From positions 1,792,001 through 1,856,000 of the forward strand of contig CBDBBI010000010.1 in assembly GCA_965202625.1 (NCBI GenBank): a stretch of 64,000 nt of DNA, in the 5' to 3' direction. Numbering within the stretch: the stretch's first letter is position 1; each line of letters starts with the position of its first letter. The position numbers and the translations under genes are program-made. This DNA is from a bacterium. GTDB lineage: Bacteria > UBA8248. The notes below the pieces were generated by a model. It saw nothing but the letters and a program-made list of their open reading frames with translations, did not search any database and had not been told where the DNA came from. This document shows positions 19,113 through 28,824 of this stretch, piece by piece.

Positions 19113-20192
19113 TTAAATCAAAGCGTAGAAAAAATTGCGCCGCCTCGGCTTGAAGCCGGCGTTTCGCGCCATGCGGTGAAGGTCGGCCTCGTTCAGGGCG
19201 TAGGTCGTTCCTGCGGCGCTCACGACGTTTTCCTCCAGCATGGTGGAGCCCATGTCGTTGCACCCGTAGCGCAAGGAGAGCTCGCCGATCTTCATGCCTT
19301 GCGTCACCCAAGAGGACTGAAAGTTCACGACGTTGTCCAAGTACAAACGGCTGATCGCCAAGGTTCTCAAATACTCGATACTCCCCACCGTCGGTGCCTT
19401 GAGCGTAGCCGCGCCGTCATTCTGAAACGTCCAGCAGACGTAGGCCGTAAATCCTCCCGTCTCATCCTGAAGCGCGCGCAGGCGGTGGAGATGTGTCATC
19501 CGCTCCGCGCCGGTTTCTACGTGGCCAAACATCATCGTGGCGGTGGAGCGAATCCCCAGCCCGTGTGCGGCGCGCATCACGTCGAGCCATCCCTGTGCAT
19601 TCACCTTGAGCCTCGAGATTTTATCGCGCACGCGATCGACGAGAATCTCCCCACCACCGCCTGGAAGGGAGTCAAGGCCCGCCCCGCGCAGGCGGGCGAG
19701 CACCACTTCATAGGGCATGTCCTCAAGCCGGGCGATGTGGTGAATCTCGGGTGGACTCAAGGCGTGGAGATGAAGATCAGGAAACGCGCCCTTCATCCAG
19801 GAGAAGAGTTCTTCATACCATTCGATCCGCAAATCCGGATGGTGCCCCCCTTGCAACAACACCTGCTTGCCGCCGACGGCGTAGAGTTCATCAAGTTTTT
19901 CTCTGATCTCCTCCCGCGTCCTGACGTAAGCCTCCGGATGTTCTCCCGGCGGACGGTAGAACGCGCAAAACGTGCAATACACATCGCACACGTTCGTATA
20001 GTTGACGTTCCTGTCCACGCAATACGTGGCGTAGCCCTCGGGGTGCAGACGCGCGCGCACGTCATCCGCCGCTGCGCCCAAGGCGGTGAGGTCGTCGCCT
20101 TCAAGCAGGGCGAGTCCCTCCTCGTAGGAAAGCCTCTCTCCTCCCGCCGCCTTCTCAATCGCCTCATAAAAAGCCGTCGTTGCCGTAGTCAT
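19113..20192 (-). CDS. mqnC: Cyclic dehypoxanthinyl futalosine synthase (radical SAM)
   Basis: DRNVNYTNVCDVYCTFCAF, LQGGHHP, PGGGGEIL, QSSWVTQG and GSTMLEENVVSAAG. Confidence 0.93.
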   Translation of the reverse strand: MTTATTAFYEAIEKAAGGERLSYEEGLALLEGDDLTALGAAADDVRARLHPEGYATYCVDRNVNYTNVCDVYCTFCAFYRPPGEHPEAYVRTREEIREKLDELYAVGGKQVLLQGGHHPDLRIEWYEELFSWMKGAFPDLHLHALSPPEIHHIARLEDMPYEVVLARLRGAGLDSLPGGGGEILVDRVRDKISRLKVNAQGWLDVMRAAHGLGIRSTATMMFGHVETGAERMTHLHRLRALQDETGGFTAYVCWTFQNDGAATLKAPTVGSIEYLRTLAISRLYLDNVVNFQSSWVTQGMKIGELSLRYGCNDMGSTMLEENVVSAAGTTYALNEADLHRMARNAGFKPRRRNFFYALI

Positions 20193-20276
20193 GGATCCCT
20201 CAAACGGGGTTCAGCAAATAATGCGTGAGAGACAGAGGCAGGTCAACAGATGAAACTGACGCATTCAACCCATCGC

Positions 20277-21593
20277 CTAGCCGAGGTCCACGTCATGGGG
20301 ATTCACGATGGCGCGGATCGTCAGCGGCGCAGCGCGGTTGCGCACACCGATCTCATGCTGAGGAAAAGAGGAGACGTCCACCCCCGCGCGTTCGGCCACA
20401 TGGGCGGAGATGACGAGCCGGCAGCGATATTCCTTGGTCAATTCCTGCAGGCGGCTGGCTGTGTTCACCGTATCGCCCACCACCGTGAGATATTTGGCCA
20501 CACCCCGGCCCATCTCGCCTACCACGGTGGGACCTATATGGACACCGATGCCCACGTGAAACGGCTCTTCCAATTCCTTCTTCGAACGCCTGGATCATTT
20601 CATCGAGTGCATCCACGATGGCACAGGCCGCCGCAAGCGCCTGCCTGCACCCTTTGTCGGACCCTCCCTCCACCCCGAAGATCGCCATGACGCCATCGCC
20701 CACAAACTGGTTGATCAACCCTCCCTCCTTGGTGATCGCCTCGCCCATCACCTCGGAGTAGTAGTTGAGAAAAAACACCACGTCATAGGGGAGTTTTTGC
20801 TCCGAGATACGCCAAGCGAATATTGGATGGGGCCTTGATCCGATCCAAGACGCACTGTTCCGCCGACTACGCGGGCGACAAACCTTCTCCCCCGCTTAGG
20901 AGCTCACCCAGCAGGTGGAGCAACACCCGCGCCCCCGCACACAGAGGCGTGTGGAACGCCAGGGGAGCGACTCGCCTCCAATATGGTGGCGCCCACCGGA
21001 GCGACGGCTTCGCGCCCACCCTAGCTGAAACCCGAAAGCGAGAGCGCGACGACGAGCACTATAATGGACAGGCATACCGGAAACCACCGTGCATACCCGG
21101 ACTTGAACCTCAACCAGTAATGCAGGCCGACACAACCGTGCGTCCAGGCAATGAGCAAAAAAATCGCTTGTTTGAGGCCAACGTCCGGAGAGCGTTCCAG
21201 ATAGAGAAACATCAGCCGCGAGTAGGAGTTCACCGAACCAAACCATTCATGGGCCAAGCGCGTCCTCACTATGTGGGGAATCAAAAACAACGGAATGGAA
21301 AAACCGAAGACGAGCTGGGCCGCCTCCCACGCCGGCATCCGAAGGCTTCGGCGGTTGAACAAACCGCGCATCGCACGCGAGCGAACCATAGAGCAACAGC
21401 GTGCCGACGCCGCTTCGCCAGAATCCCAAAAACCAGGGCCTGCCCGACTCCATCGCTTCGAGCGAAGCCAGCCCCAGGGCGTGATTCAGAAGTGGGTCGT
21501 GAAAAAGAAAACAAGAACGCAGCCGGTGATGAGGCTCACGCCTCTGGGCCAGTTTTTGAAGGACGACGTGGCCGCAGCCGTGTCATAGGTCAT
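20277..21593 (-). pseudogene. Membrane/2Fe-2S ferredoxin/class III adenylate-guanylate cyclase, multiply frameshifted
   Basis: TM part (WEAAQLVFG..HIVRTR..AWTHGCVGLHYWLR), ferredoxin remnant (GATILEASR..PHASVCGG..CSTC), and cyclase parts (LPYDVVFFLN, QFVGDGVMAIFG, GIGVHIG, VGDTVNTASRLQELTK) in different frames. Confidence 0.85.
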
Positions 21594-21617
21594 CAAGCAT
21601 GCCTCCAAAGAGGCGAT

Positions 21618-22409
21618 TCAGACTGGTTTTTTTTCCAGGAATCTGCTCATCTCAGCGATGAAGGCGTTCGGTTGATCCCAAAAGACGCTGTGGCCCGCAT
21701 CGGAGATGATCGAGAGCGAGCAATCGGGCACGTTCTCGGAATACACGCCGCTAAAATCCAAAGGCCCCGCGTCCCTCTCCCCATAACAAACCCAAGTAGG
21801 CGCGGAGATATCAGACAGCCGCGCCCTTAAGTCCGGCATCGTGAACAGCGCGTTCGCCGTATCTGCGAACGTCCGAGGCGTATTTTTAAGAAACAGCGCC
21901 GCATATTCCCGGGCGAGGGGGCCATCGCGCAGGCTCTCGGGAATTTCGCCGCGGCGCATCTTGAACGCAAGCAACGCCTCCATCCCCTCCGATTCGACCA
22001 CCCGCAGCTGCTCCTTGAACGTTCTTCGATACGCGCCCGAGGGCGGCCCGGCGGAGGAGGCGGAGAGCATGAGGCGATTCAGGCGATCAGGGTGCTGAAT
22101 GGCGAACATGGTCCCCGCGCGCCCGCCCATGCTTTGTCCGAGGTAATCGGCGCGCTCGATTTCGAGAGCGTCCAGAAAACCCAGCACGTCATCGGCGAAG
22201 GTTTGTATCGTGTAAGGGCCTTCAGGTTTGTCCGAATCGCCGTGGCCACGTAGATCAATCGCCAAAACCCTGAAGTGCCTCTCCAGCCAATCGACGATGG
22301 GACGGAAGGTGAAATGAGAGCTCTGGAACCCGTGAACCAATAGAAGCGGAGGTCCCTCTCCGCCTTCCGCGTAATGGATGCCGACGCCATTCACTCGCGC
22401 TTTCGGCAA
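21618..22409 (-). CDS. Alpha/beta hydrolase (3-oxoadipate enol-lactonase-like)
   Basis: LVHGF, DLRGHGDS, GQSMGG nucleophile, GERD and AGH. Confidence 0.88.
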   Translation of the reverse strand: MPKARVNGVGIHYAEGGEGPPLLLVHGFQSSHFTFRPIVDWLERHFRVLAIDLRGHGDSDKPEGPYTIQTFADDVLGFLDALEIERADYLGQSMGGRAGTMFAIQHPDRLNRLMLSASSAGPPSGAYRRTFKEQLRVVESEGMEALLAFKMRRGEIPESLRDGPLAREYAALFLKNTPRTFADTANALFTMPDLRARLSDISAPTWVCYGERDAGPLDFSGVYSENVPDCSLSIISDAGHSVFWDQPNAFIAEMSRFLEKKPV

Positions 22410-22537
22410 AACCTGCTCCTTAATCCAAAGAAATCGGGTTGGACGAGGCTTCCCCGGGGGTTGCGTCCATGTCGCTTACACATAGAGATAAAAACCAAGC
22501 GCACTGAGCAGCGCATCGCTCATTCGTCTGGGTAAGG

Positions 22538-24778
22538 TCAAAAAGGCTGCGCGGGTCTTCTTTCGGGCGTCGCCTCCTCGTAGGCGTGCGCTACGCGCAA
22601 AACGTCTTTCTCACGCCAAGGACCGCTCACGATCTGCAGTCCCATCGGCAGACCCTCGGAGTTCGCGCCCATAGGAGTGACGAGCGCGGGAAAGCCTGTG
22701 GCGTTGTGGACCGAGAGAAACGGCCGGTGAATGTTCTGATAGGGAACTTCCCGTCCGTTGAGACGGGCGACAAGCGTCTCTATCGGCGGGGCGACGCAGG
22801 GCATGGCAGGCTGGATGAGCGCATCTGCGCCCTCGAAAAACGCCGCCGCCGCCCGTTGGACCAGGACGCGCTCCCTCATCGCGCGGGCGTAATCATCCAA
22901 AGACACCTTGAACGACCACTCCAGGCGCTCGCGCACGTCATCCCCGTAGCCTGCGGGGTTTTTGTCGAAAAACGGCCGGTGAAACTCGCTGAACTCAGGC
23001 CCGGCAATGGCGGGAAACAAATCTATCAGCCACTGGTGATGGGGAAAGGAAACCTCTTCCACACTGGCGCCCAAAGCGCGAAACACTTCCACCGCACCCT
23101 CGAACGCCGCCATGATCTCGACATCCACCTCCGCGCGGCCATGATAGTCCGGGCAGACGAGAAGGCGCGCTCCTCGGACTCCATCCTCTATTCCGGCAGC
23201 GTAGTCGGGCACTGGCGCGTCGCGGGATTTTGAATCCTGCGGATCGTAGCCCGCCATCACCTGGAGAATAAGGGCGGCGTCGCGCGCCGAGCGCGTCATG
23301 GGGCCCGCGTGGTCCAAGCTCGGGACGTTGGGACATATCCCCCTCAAGCTCACCCGGCCATGGGTCGGCTTGAAGCCCACGATCCCGCACAAAACGGCGG
23401 GAGTCCGGATGGAGCCGCCCGTGTCCGTGCCGACAGCAGCAGGGGCGAGCCCCGCCGCGCAAGCGGCGGCGGAGCCGCCACTTGAGCCGCCGACGATACG
23501 TGTGGAGTCGCATGGGTTTCTCGTCGTCCCGTAGTGGGGATTTATCGTGGTCGAGGCGGCGGCGAACTCATGGGTGTTCGTCTTCCCCAGCATGATCGCG
23601 CCGGCCTGGTTCAGACGCCGGACGATCTCCGCGTCCTTGCGCGGAACGTTGTCCCGATGGAAAGAAGAACCGTTCGTCGTGAGAACCCCCGCCGTATCCA
23701 CGATGTCCTTGATGCCGCAGGGAACGCCGTGCATAAACCCTCGCCATTGGTTTTTCACTATCTCGCCCTCGGCGGCGCGCGCTGCCTCCATCGCGCTCTC
23801 GGCCGTCACAGTCTGATAGGCGAATATTCCGGGGTTCAGCGATTCGATACGTCGCAGATGCGCTTCTACCACCTCAACCGGCGATACCTGTTTTTTGCGA
23901 ATCAGTTGCGAGAGCTCGTAAATGCTGGCGAAACAAAGCGCATCGCCCATGTCATCGCCTCCTGACGCCGCTTCGCCCCGCATCTCCACATGCCCTCCGG
24001 CCTCGCCGACGCGTCTCGCCAACCAGCCCCTGGGCGCCAAGCCTTCATCCGCCAAAAGCGCATAATACCGCCTCAAACCCTCCAGTTCCTCATCCCTCAA
24101 GTCGTAGCGAACGCACGCGGTGAGATAGCGCCACGCCGTGTTCTTGTCGACGTTCGGCGGAAGGGGACCGCTGACGATTTCCTCTATCCGTTTCACGCCC
24201 TCTTTTTTCGCGTCTTGCAAAAGCGCGGCGACGCTCGCATCCCCCGCCTCCGGCCGGAACACCCACAGCGCATAGACGAAGGGTAGCCCGGTGAAGTTCG
24301 TCCACTCCTCGCCCAGGTCGAGAACGTAATGATCCCCTGGCGGTTCCTGCAAGGCGTTGTCCCCGATGAGCAGGAAGGCGTCGAGCGTCTCATCCCCTCG
24401 GGGAGGCTTGAGCGGGTCGATGGGAACGAACTCGGGTGCCGCCCCCCACCTATACTTGAGATAGATGCGCGCCATGTTCGCCGCGGCGAGCGACCAGCTG
24501 TCCAAGCCCACGCGCCGCAGGGAATCCGCCGGCCTTCGGCAGTAGAGGCGGATGCTCTCCACGGGTCCCCTGCTTGCGATGCTCACGCCGGGGACGAAGC
24601 GTGCGTTCGGGATATGAAAAAGGGCGAAAGAGGAGACAAGCGCGCCGTCGAGAGCACCGCTTGAGAGCATCCGCGCCAGCTTCGAGGGGGGCGCCACGAC
24701 AAGTGCAACGTCGGGTTTTCCCTCCAGCGCGATGGTGAGCGGCTTTGCATTCAGAAAGGGAACCGTGCCCAGCCTCAT
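22538..24778 (-). CDS. mqnA: Chorismate dehydratase MqnA fused in frame to an amidase-signature (GatA-like) amidase
   Basis: Residues 1-~255 are MqnA (VPFLNAKPL, GPVESI, LLIGDNAL, DLGEEW..TGLPFVYALW). Residues 277-746 are amidase (IKD, GKTNTHEFA, GGSSGGS, GTDTGGSIR). An internal AGGAGG RBS precedes ATG 23950. Confidence 0.85.
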   Translation of the reverse strand: MRLGTVPFLNAKPLTIALEGKPDVALVVAPPSKLARMLSSGALDGALVSSFALFHIPNARFVPGVSIASRGPVESIRLYCRRPADSLRRVGLDSWSLAAANMARIYLKYRWGAAPEFVPIDPLKPPRGDETLDAFLLIGDNALQEPPGDHYVLDLGEEWTNFTGLPFVYALWVFRPEAGDASVAALLQDAKKEGVKRIEEIVSGPLPPNVDKNTAWRYLTACVRYDLRDEELEGLRRYYALLADEGLAPRGWLARRVGEAGGHVEMRGEAASGGDDMGDALCFASIYELSQLIRKKQVSPVEVVEAHLRRIESLNPGIFAYQTVTAESAMEAARAAEGEIVKNQWRGFMHGVPCGIKDIVDTAGVLTTNGSSFHRDNVPRKDAEIVRRLNQAGAIMLGKTNTHEFAAASTTINPHYGTTRNPCDSTRIVGGSSGGSAAACAAGLAPAAVGTDTGGSIRTPAVLCGIVGFKPTHGRVSLRGICPNVPSLDHAGPMTRSARDAALILQVMAGYDPQDSKSRDAPVPDYAAGIEDGVRGARLLVCPDYHGRAEVDVEIMAAFEGAVEVFRALGASVEEVSFPHHQWLIDLFPAIAGPEFSEFHRPFFDKNPAGYGDDVRERLEWSFKVSLDDYARAMRERVLVQRAAAAFFEGADALIQPAMPCVAPPIETLVARLNGREVPYQNIHRPFLSVHNATGFPALVTPMGANSEGLPMGLQIVSGPWREKDVLRVAHAYEEATPERRPAQPF

Positions 24779-24785
24779 GACGACT

Positions 24786-25925
24786 CTACGCGCGGACGGC
24801 CCATTGGTCTCCCTGACGGACGACTTCCCGGTAGAGAGTGTCGCGCTCGATGGGTTCGCGCCCCGCCTCCCGAATGAGCACGCGGATGTCGCCCACCGTA
24901 AGCTCGTGCGGCGTGCGGGCGCCTGCCATGTGGTATATCTTCTCCTGAACGACGGTGCCGTCCAGATCGTCTACGCCGAAGTGCTGGGAAATTTGCGCGA
25001 TGGGCTGCCCCACCATGATCCAATAGGCCTTGACGTGAGGAACGTTGTCGAGCATGAGGCGGCCGACAGAGTAGTTCTTGAGATCGAGCATCCCACCGGC
25101 TAGGGGGATGTCGTCCATCTGCGTGTTCTCAGGGTGAAACGCCAAGGGGATGAAGGTGGTGAATCCGCCCGTCTCATCCTGTAAGTCTCTGAGCCTGAGC
25201 ATGTGATCCACGCGATCGGCGTTCGATTCCACATGCCCGTAGAGCATGGTGCACGTGCTTCGGACGCCCTTGTGGTGGGCGATGCGGTGCACCTCCAGCC
25301 AATCCTCCGCCGATTGCTTACCCTTGCAGATTTGAGAGCGCGTCGGCTCGGCAAAAATCTCCGCCCCCCCGCCCGTGAGCGAATCAAGGCCCGAACGCAC
25401 GAGATGGTCGAGCGTCTCCTCGACGCTCATCCTGGCGATGCGATCGGCCAACCAGCGAATCTCCGTCGCCGTAAAAATCTTCAGGTGCAGGTGCGGATGT
25501 ATCTCCTTGATGCCCTGGATCATCTCCAGATAGTAGTCAAAGGGCAGGTCTGGATGCAGGCCGCCCACCATGTGGAACTCGGTGCGGCCTCGCCCCAGGG
25601 TTTCCGCCATCCGGAAAATTTCCTCCAGCGAATAGGCATAGGCGTCCTTCTCGCCCTCTTTCTTGCCGAACGCGCAAAACTTGCACGCCTTCCAGAGCAC
25701 GCAGACATTAGAATAGTTGATGTGACTGTTCACGTTGTAATAGGTGCGGTTCCCATGCAACCGCTCGCGCGCAAGGTTCGCCAGATAGCCGAGGGCATTG
25801 ACGTCCTCGGTCTCGTAGAGACGCACGCCCTCGTCGAAGGAAAGGCGAAGTCCGCCTTCTACTTTTTCAAGAATATCGCCCAGAGGCCCCTTCAGAATGC
25901 GGGCGCGCATGAAATCGCCGCTCAC
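24786..25925 (-). CDS. mqnE: Aminofutalosine synthase (radical SAM)
   Basis: NYSNVC....CKFCAF, VGGLHP, GGGAEIF, FIPLAFHPEN, HVKAYW and DGTVVQEKIYHMAGA. Confidence 0.93.
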   Translation of the reverse strand: MSGDFMRARILKGPLGDILEKVEGGLRLSFDEGVRLYETEDVNALGYLANLARERLHGNRTYYNVNSHINYSNVCVLWKACKFCAFGKKEGEKDAYAYSLEEIFRMAETLGRGRTEFHMVGGLHPDLPFDYYLEMIQGIKEIHPHLHLKIFTATEIRWLADRIARMSVEETLDHLVRSGLDSLTGGGAEIFAEPTRSQICKGKQSAEDWLEVHRIAHHKGVRSTCTMLYGHVESNADRVDHMLRLRDLQDETGGFTTFIPLAFHPENTQMDDIPLAGGMLDLKNYSVGRLMLDNVPHVKAYWIMVGQPIAQISQHFGVDDLDGTVVQEKIYHMAGARTPHELTVGDIRVLIREAGREPIERDTLYREVVRQGDQWAVRA

Positions 25926-26076
25926 ATCTCACCCTCTCGTTGCCCGTCCTATCCGAAAATCGCTCCATCCAGCCGCACGCGGGAAAATTCTAGATGCTTG
26001 GTAGTGGGATGTCAACGAAGGAGAATTATATTACGTGATTAGACAGGAAGCGTAAAAAACACACTTCCTCGGCATT

Positions 26077-26123
26077 GAACGCAAAAGCCGGTACCTACTG
26101 ACGTGGGGCCGGCTTTTGCGTTC
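26077..26123. terminator. Strong hairpin, probable intrinsic terminator
   Basis: Perfect 15-bp inverted repeat GAACGCAAAAGCCGG / CCGGCTTTTGCGTTC with an internal CCTAC/GTGGG stem. Confidence 0.65.
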
Positions 26124-26336
26124 CATCGGACTACCACAAGTTATCTTCTGCCTTCCTCTGACGTCTTTTCCTTGAACGGCTGGCTGTCGATGTCGCTCGG
26201 TGATTTAGAACATCGTCGTTTTCATTTTAGTGACCGATCTGACAAGCAGGTCCTTTCGCGTATCAGTTTGGCAATAGACGGGAGGCAAGCCATATGTATA
26301 GTTCCCCTTGCTTGACACCACACATTTCAGAGAACG

Positions 26337-26567
26337 CTAGGGCCCGGGGTAAGCCTCGGGTGGTTTTGCTTCATCAGTAGATGGTTTCGCCCGTATCCTT
26401 TTTCGGGTAATGATGGCGTCCTCTCCCAGGCGCGTGATCTCGTCTTCCTTCTCCTCGCGCCCGTAGGCGTTGCCCTTCTCGAAAGCGAGTCGGCCGAACA
26501 GACGGTTCAGGTTGTTTCTCGCGACCTTTTCATCCTCGTCATCCTTTTTTCGCACCCCATCACTCAA
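26337..26567 (-). CDS. Small charged hypothetical protein
   Basis: 76-aa ORF with an AAGGGGG RBS just downstream of the MBL gene; no recognisable motif. Confidence 0.5.
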   Translation of the reverse strand: MSDGVRKKDDEDEKVARNNLNRLFGRLAFEKGNAYGREEKEDEITRLGEDAIITRKRIRAKPSTDEAKPPEAYPGP

Positions 26568-26610
26568 GAGAACACCCCCTTTTCATGAAATGAACGCCGC
26601 GCGATTGCGC

Positions 26611-27729
26611 TCACAGCAATCCGTCCCTCACTCTCCATTTCTCGCCTATAGCCATGATCTTGATCCGGCCGGCGTCCGCTTCCGTCTGTTCGATTCGCGC
26701 CCTGAGGACGCGAGGCGGATCGTCAACTGGTTCATCGGTCAAATCAAACGTTCCCCAGTGCATGGGTATCATCCAGCGCGCGCGCAGATCGTGAAACGCC
26801 TGAAGCCCCTCGGCGGGGTTCATGTGGGGATATCGCATCATCCACCGGGGCGCGTATGCACCGATGGACAGCATCACCACGTCGATAGGGCCAAACTTCC
26901 GGCCATATTCCCTGAACCCATGAAAATAACCGCTGTCGCCCCCATGAAAATACCTGCGCGCCCCTGTATCAATGAGCCAAGAACACCAAAGGGTCGCGTC
27001 CCTTCCCATTCCGATGCGGTTCGACCAGTGCTGCGCCGGCAGGCAGGTGACGCTCACCCCCTCGTGTCGAGCACTCTCCCACCAGTTAAGTTCTACGGCG
27101 CGCCGACCCCGCGATTCCACGAAAGCACCCAAGCCCGCCGGCACGAACCACGTGACGTCCTCAGGCAGGTTCTCCACCGTCCATGAATCAAGATGATCAT
27201 AGTGGTTATGAGAAATCGTCGCCACCGCGCCACCCGGTACGGAGATCGCCGGAACACCCGGAGGCCGGTGACGTCCATACACCAAAGCCCGCGCGCCAAA
27301 GTGCGGGTCTGTCATGACAACGCGCGCGCCATCCTTGATGATGAAGCCGCAGTGGCCGATCCATGTGATAGAAGGCTCTTTTTCCGGCTTTGAGAGATAA
27401 GCGCCATCGTTGGAAACCACCGGGACGTCGGGTGCTCCGCTTCTTTTGACTTCCTCGAATTCGTTGCGATAGAGAAATTTCCACTTCAACAAATTCATCA
27501 TGGAGCCAGGATTGGGCCACCAGGGGTTGAACCATCTCCCCGGCACTCCATGCGGCCAGTAAAGGGATTCCGCCTCACGAGAGAGAAGACCCTGACTCTC
27601 AGGCGGGGACGGCGGCGGCGCCTTGACCCCAAAACCCATTCGCGCGCATCCGCCGGCAAGTCCCAAGGCCCCTAGGCTTATCAAGCTGGCGTGCTTGAGA
27701 AATCTTCTTCTGTTGATTTTCTGCTTCAT
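26611..27729 (-). CDS. MBL-fold metallo-hydrolase (NAPE-PLD/RomA-like), Tat-exported lipoprotein
   Basis: RRRFLK twin-arginine signal, LAGGC lipobox, SHNHYDHLD, PAQHWS, GDSGY and IPMHWGTF. Confidence 0.9.
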   Translation of the reverse strand: MKQKINRRRFLKHASLISLGALGLAGGCARMGFGVKAPPPSPPESQGLLSREAESLYWPHGVPGRWFNPWWPNPGSMMNLLKWKFLYRNEFEEVKRSGAPDVPVVSNDGAYLSKPEKEPSITWIGHCGFIIKDGARVVMTDPHFGARALVYGRHRPPGVPAISVPGGAVATISHNHYDHLDSWTVENLPEDVTWFVPAGLGAFVESRGRRAVELNWWESARHEGVSVTCLPAQHWSNRIGMGRDATLWCSWLIDTGARRYFHGGDSGYFHGFREYGRKFGPIDVVMLSIGAYAPRWMMRYPHMNPAEGLQAFHDLRARWMIPMHWGTFDLTDEPVDDPPRVLRARIEQTEADAGRIKIMAIGEKWRVRDGLL

Positions 27730-27923
27730 CGCAACCTGCGCGGTGGCGGCTCAAAACACGGTGGATGCAAGCGCAAACGCCTCCATGGGCTTCCGTCAAG
27801 GCTCCTCCCGGTCTTATCTCGCTCTCATAGGCTCTTTTCCGACCCGCGCGGCCTTGGCGAGGGGTTTTAGAGCGTCCTCACTCGGCCTAAGGGAGGCGGT
27901 CTCCTTCCGCCGAAGACGAAAAG

Positions 27924-28802
27924 TCAATCGATGGCACTATACCAATCCGCAATGGCCCTACCCATCTCATGGGGAGAATCCTCTTGACAATAATGGAGTC
28001 CCGGAACGGTCACCTCCTTCACGTTCGGCCAGCGGCGCACCATTTCCCGATGCGCCCCCACAAGCACGGCACCCGGCTCCGCGTTGATGAAAAGCTTCGG
28101 CACCGGGTGATTCCCGAGCCATTCGTTGTTCCGCTCGACGACCTCAAGGACGTCCGCCGGCTCTCCTTCAATGGGAATTTCGCGCGGCCACGTCAACGTC
28201 GGTCTTCTGCCCTCTCCAGGATTCGCGTAGGGCCTTCGATATTCGTCATGCACTTCCTTCGGCGTCTCACGCATGATCATCGCGGGCAAAATCTTCTCCA
28301 CGAAAAAGTTTCGCTCCAAGACGAGCGACTCGCCCTCCTCGGTTCTGAACCTCCTAAAAAGGGTCTGCACCTCATGCGGCCAGTGATCCCACGTAAAGTT
28401 GCCGATAACTCCCTGGCATATCACCACGCCCTTGAGCCTCTCTCGCCTGTCCGAGGCCCACGTGAAACCCAACTGCGCGCCCCAGTCGTGCGTCACGATG
28501 GCGACGTTCTCGCCCACCTTCAAAGCGTCCAGCAGTGCGTTCGTGAACGGCTGATGATCAGCCAACCGATACATAGAACCGTTCAGCTTTTGAGAGTCGC
28601 CCTGCCCGATGTTGTCTATCGCAATGCAGCGGCCCAGCCCTTCGACGTACGGAATCACGTTGCGCCACATGTAGGATGAGGTGACGTTGCCGTGAAAAAA
28701 GACGATAGGATCGCCCTCGCCCACCTCCAAGTAGGCCATCCTTTTCCCCAAAACTTCCAGGAATTTCTTCTTATATTTCATCTTGGACTCTATCATCGAC
28801 AT
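27924..28802 (-). CDS. Haloalkane dehalogenase (LinB/DhaA subfamily)
   Basis: HGNVTSSYMWRN, HDWG nucleophile, NFFVE, RRPTLTWPREIP and GLHYCQEDSP. Confidence 0.9.
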   Translation of the reverse strand: MSMIESKMKYKKKFLEVLGKRMAYLEVGEGDPIVFFHGNVTSSYMWRNVIPYVEGLGRCIAIDNIGQGDSQKLNGSMYRLADHQPFTNALLDALKVGENVAIVTHDWGAQLGFTWASDRRERLKGVVICQGVIGNFTWDHWPHEVQTLFRRFRTEEGESLVLERNFFVEKILPAMIMRETPKEVHDEYRRPYANPGEGRRPTLTWPREIPIEGEPADVLEVVERNNEWLGNHPVPKLFINAEPGAVLVGAHREMVRRWPNVKEVTVPGLHYCQEDSPHEMGRAIADWYSAID

Positions 28803-28824
28803 CCTGCCTCGTTTGCGCCCGTGT

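Noticed and set aside
17815-19311. Long N-terminal extensions given by the ORF track (also bioF, the PgsA-like gene, SDR, NAGPA, nucleotidyltransferase, BON)
   Set aside because: They overlap neighbouring genes or lack homology-like sequence; downstream starts were chosen
18996-20228. 410-aa plus-strand ORF (likewise 36359-37459, 61697-62731 and 491-1036)
   Set aside because: Antisense shadows of mqnC, mod, the LLM gene and the amidohydrolase respectively
26222-26224. Second possible Sec codon in the small ORF
   Set aside because: No redox motif and no convincing SECIS hairpin at the proper distance
26250-26292. Moco riboswitch-like GCCTCCCGT...GAAAGG on the minus strand
   Set aside because: Spacing is too long, the upstream Moco helices were not found, no Moco gene lies downstream, and the sequence falls inside a plausible small ORF
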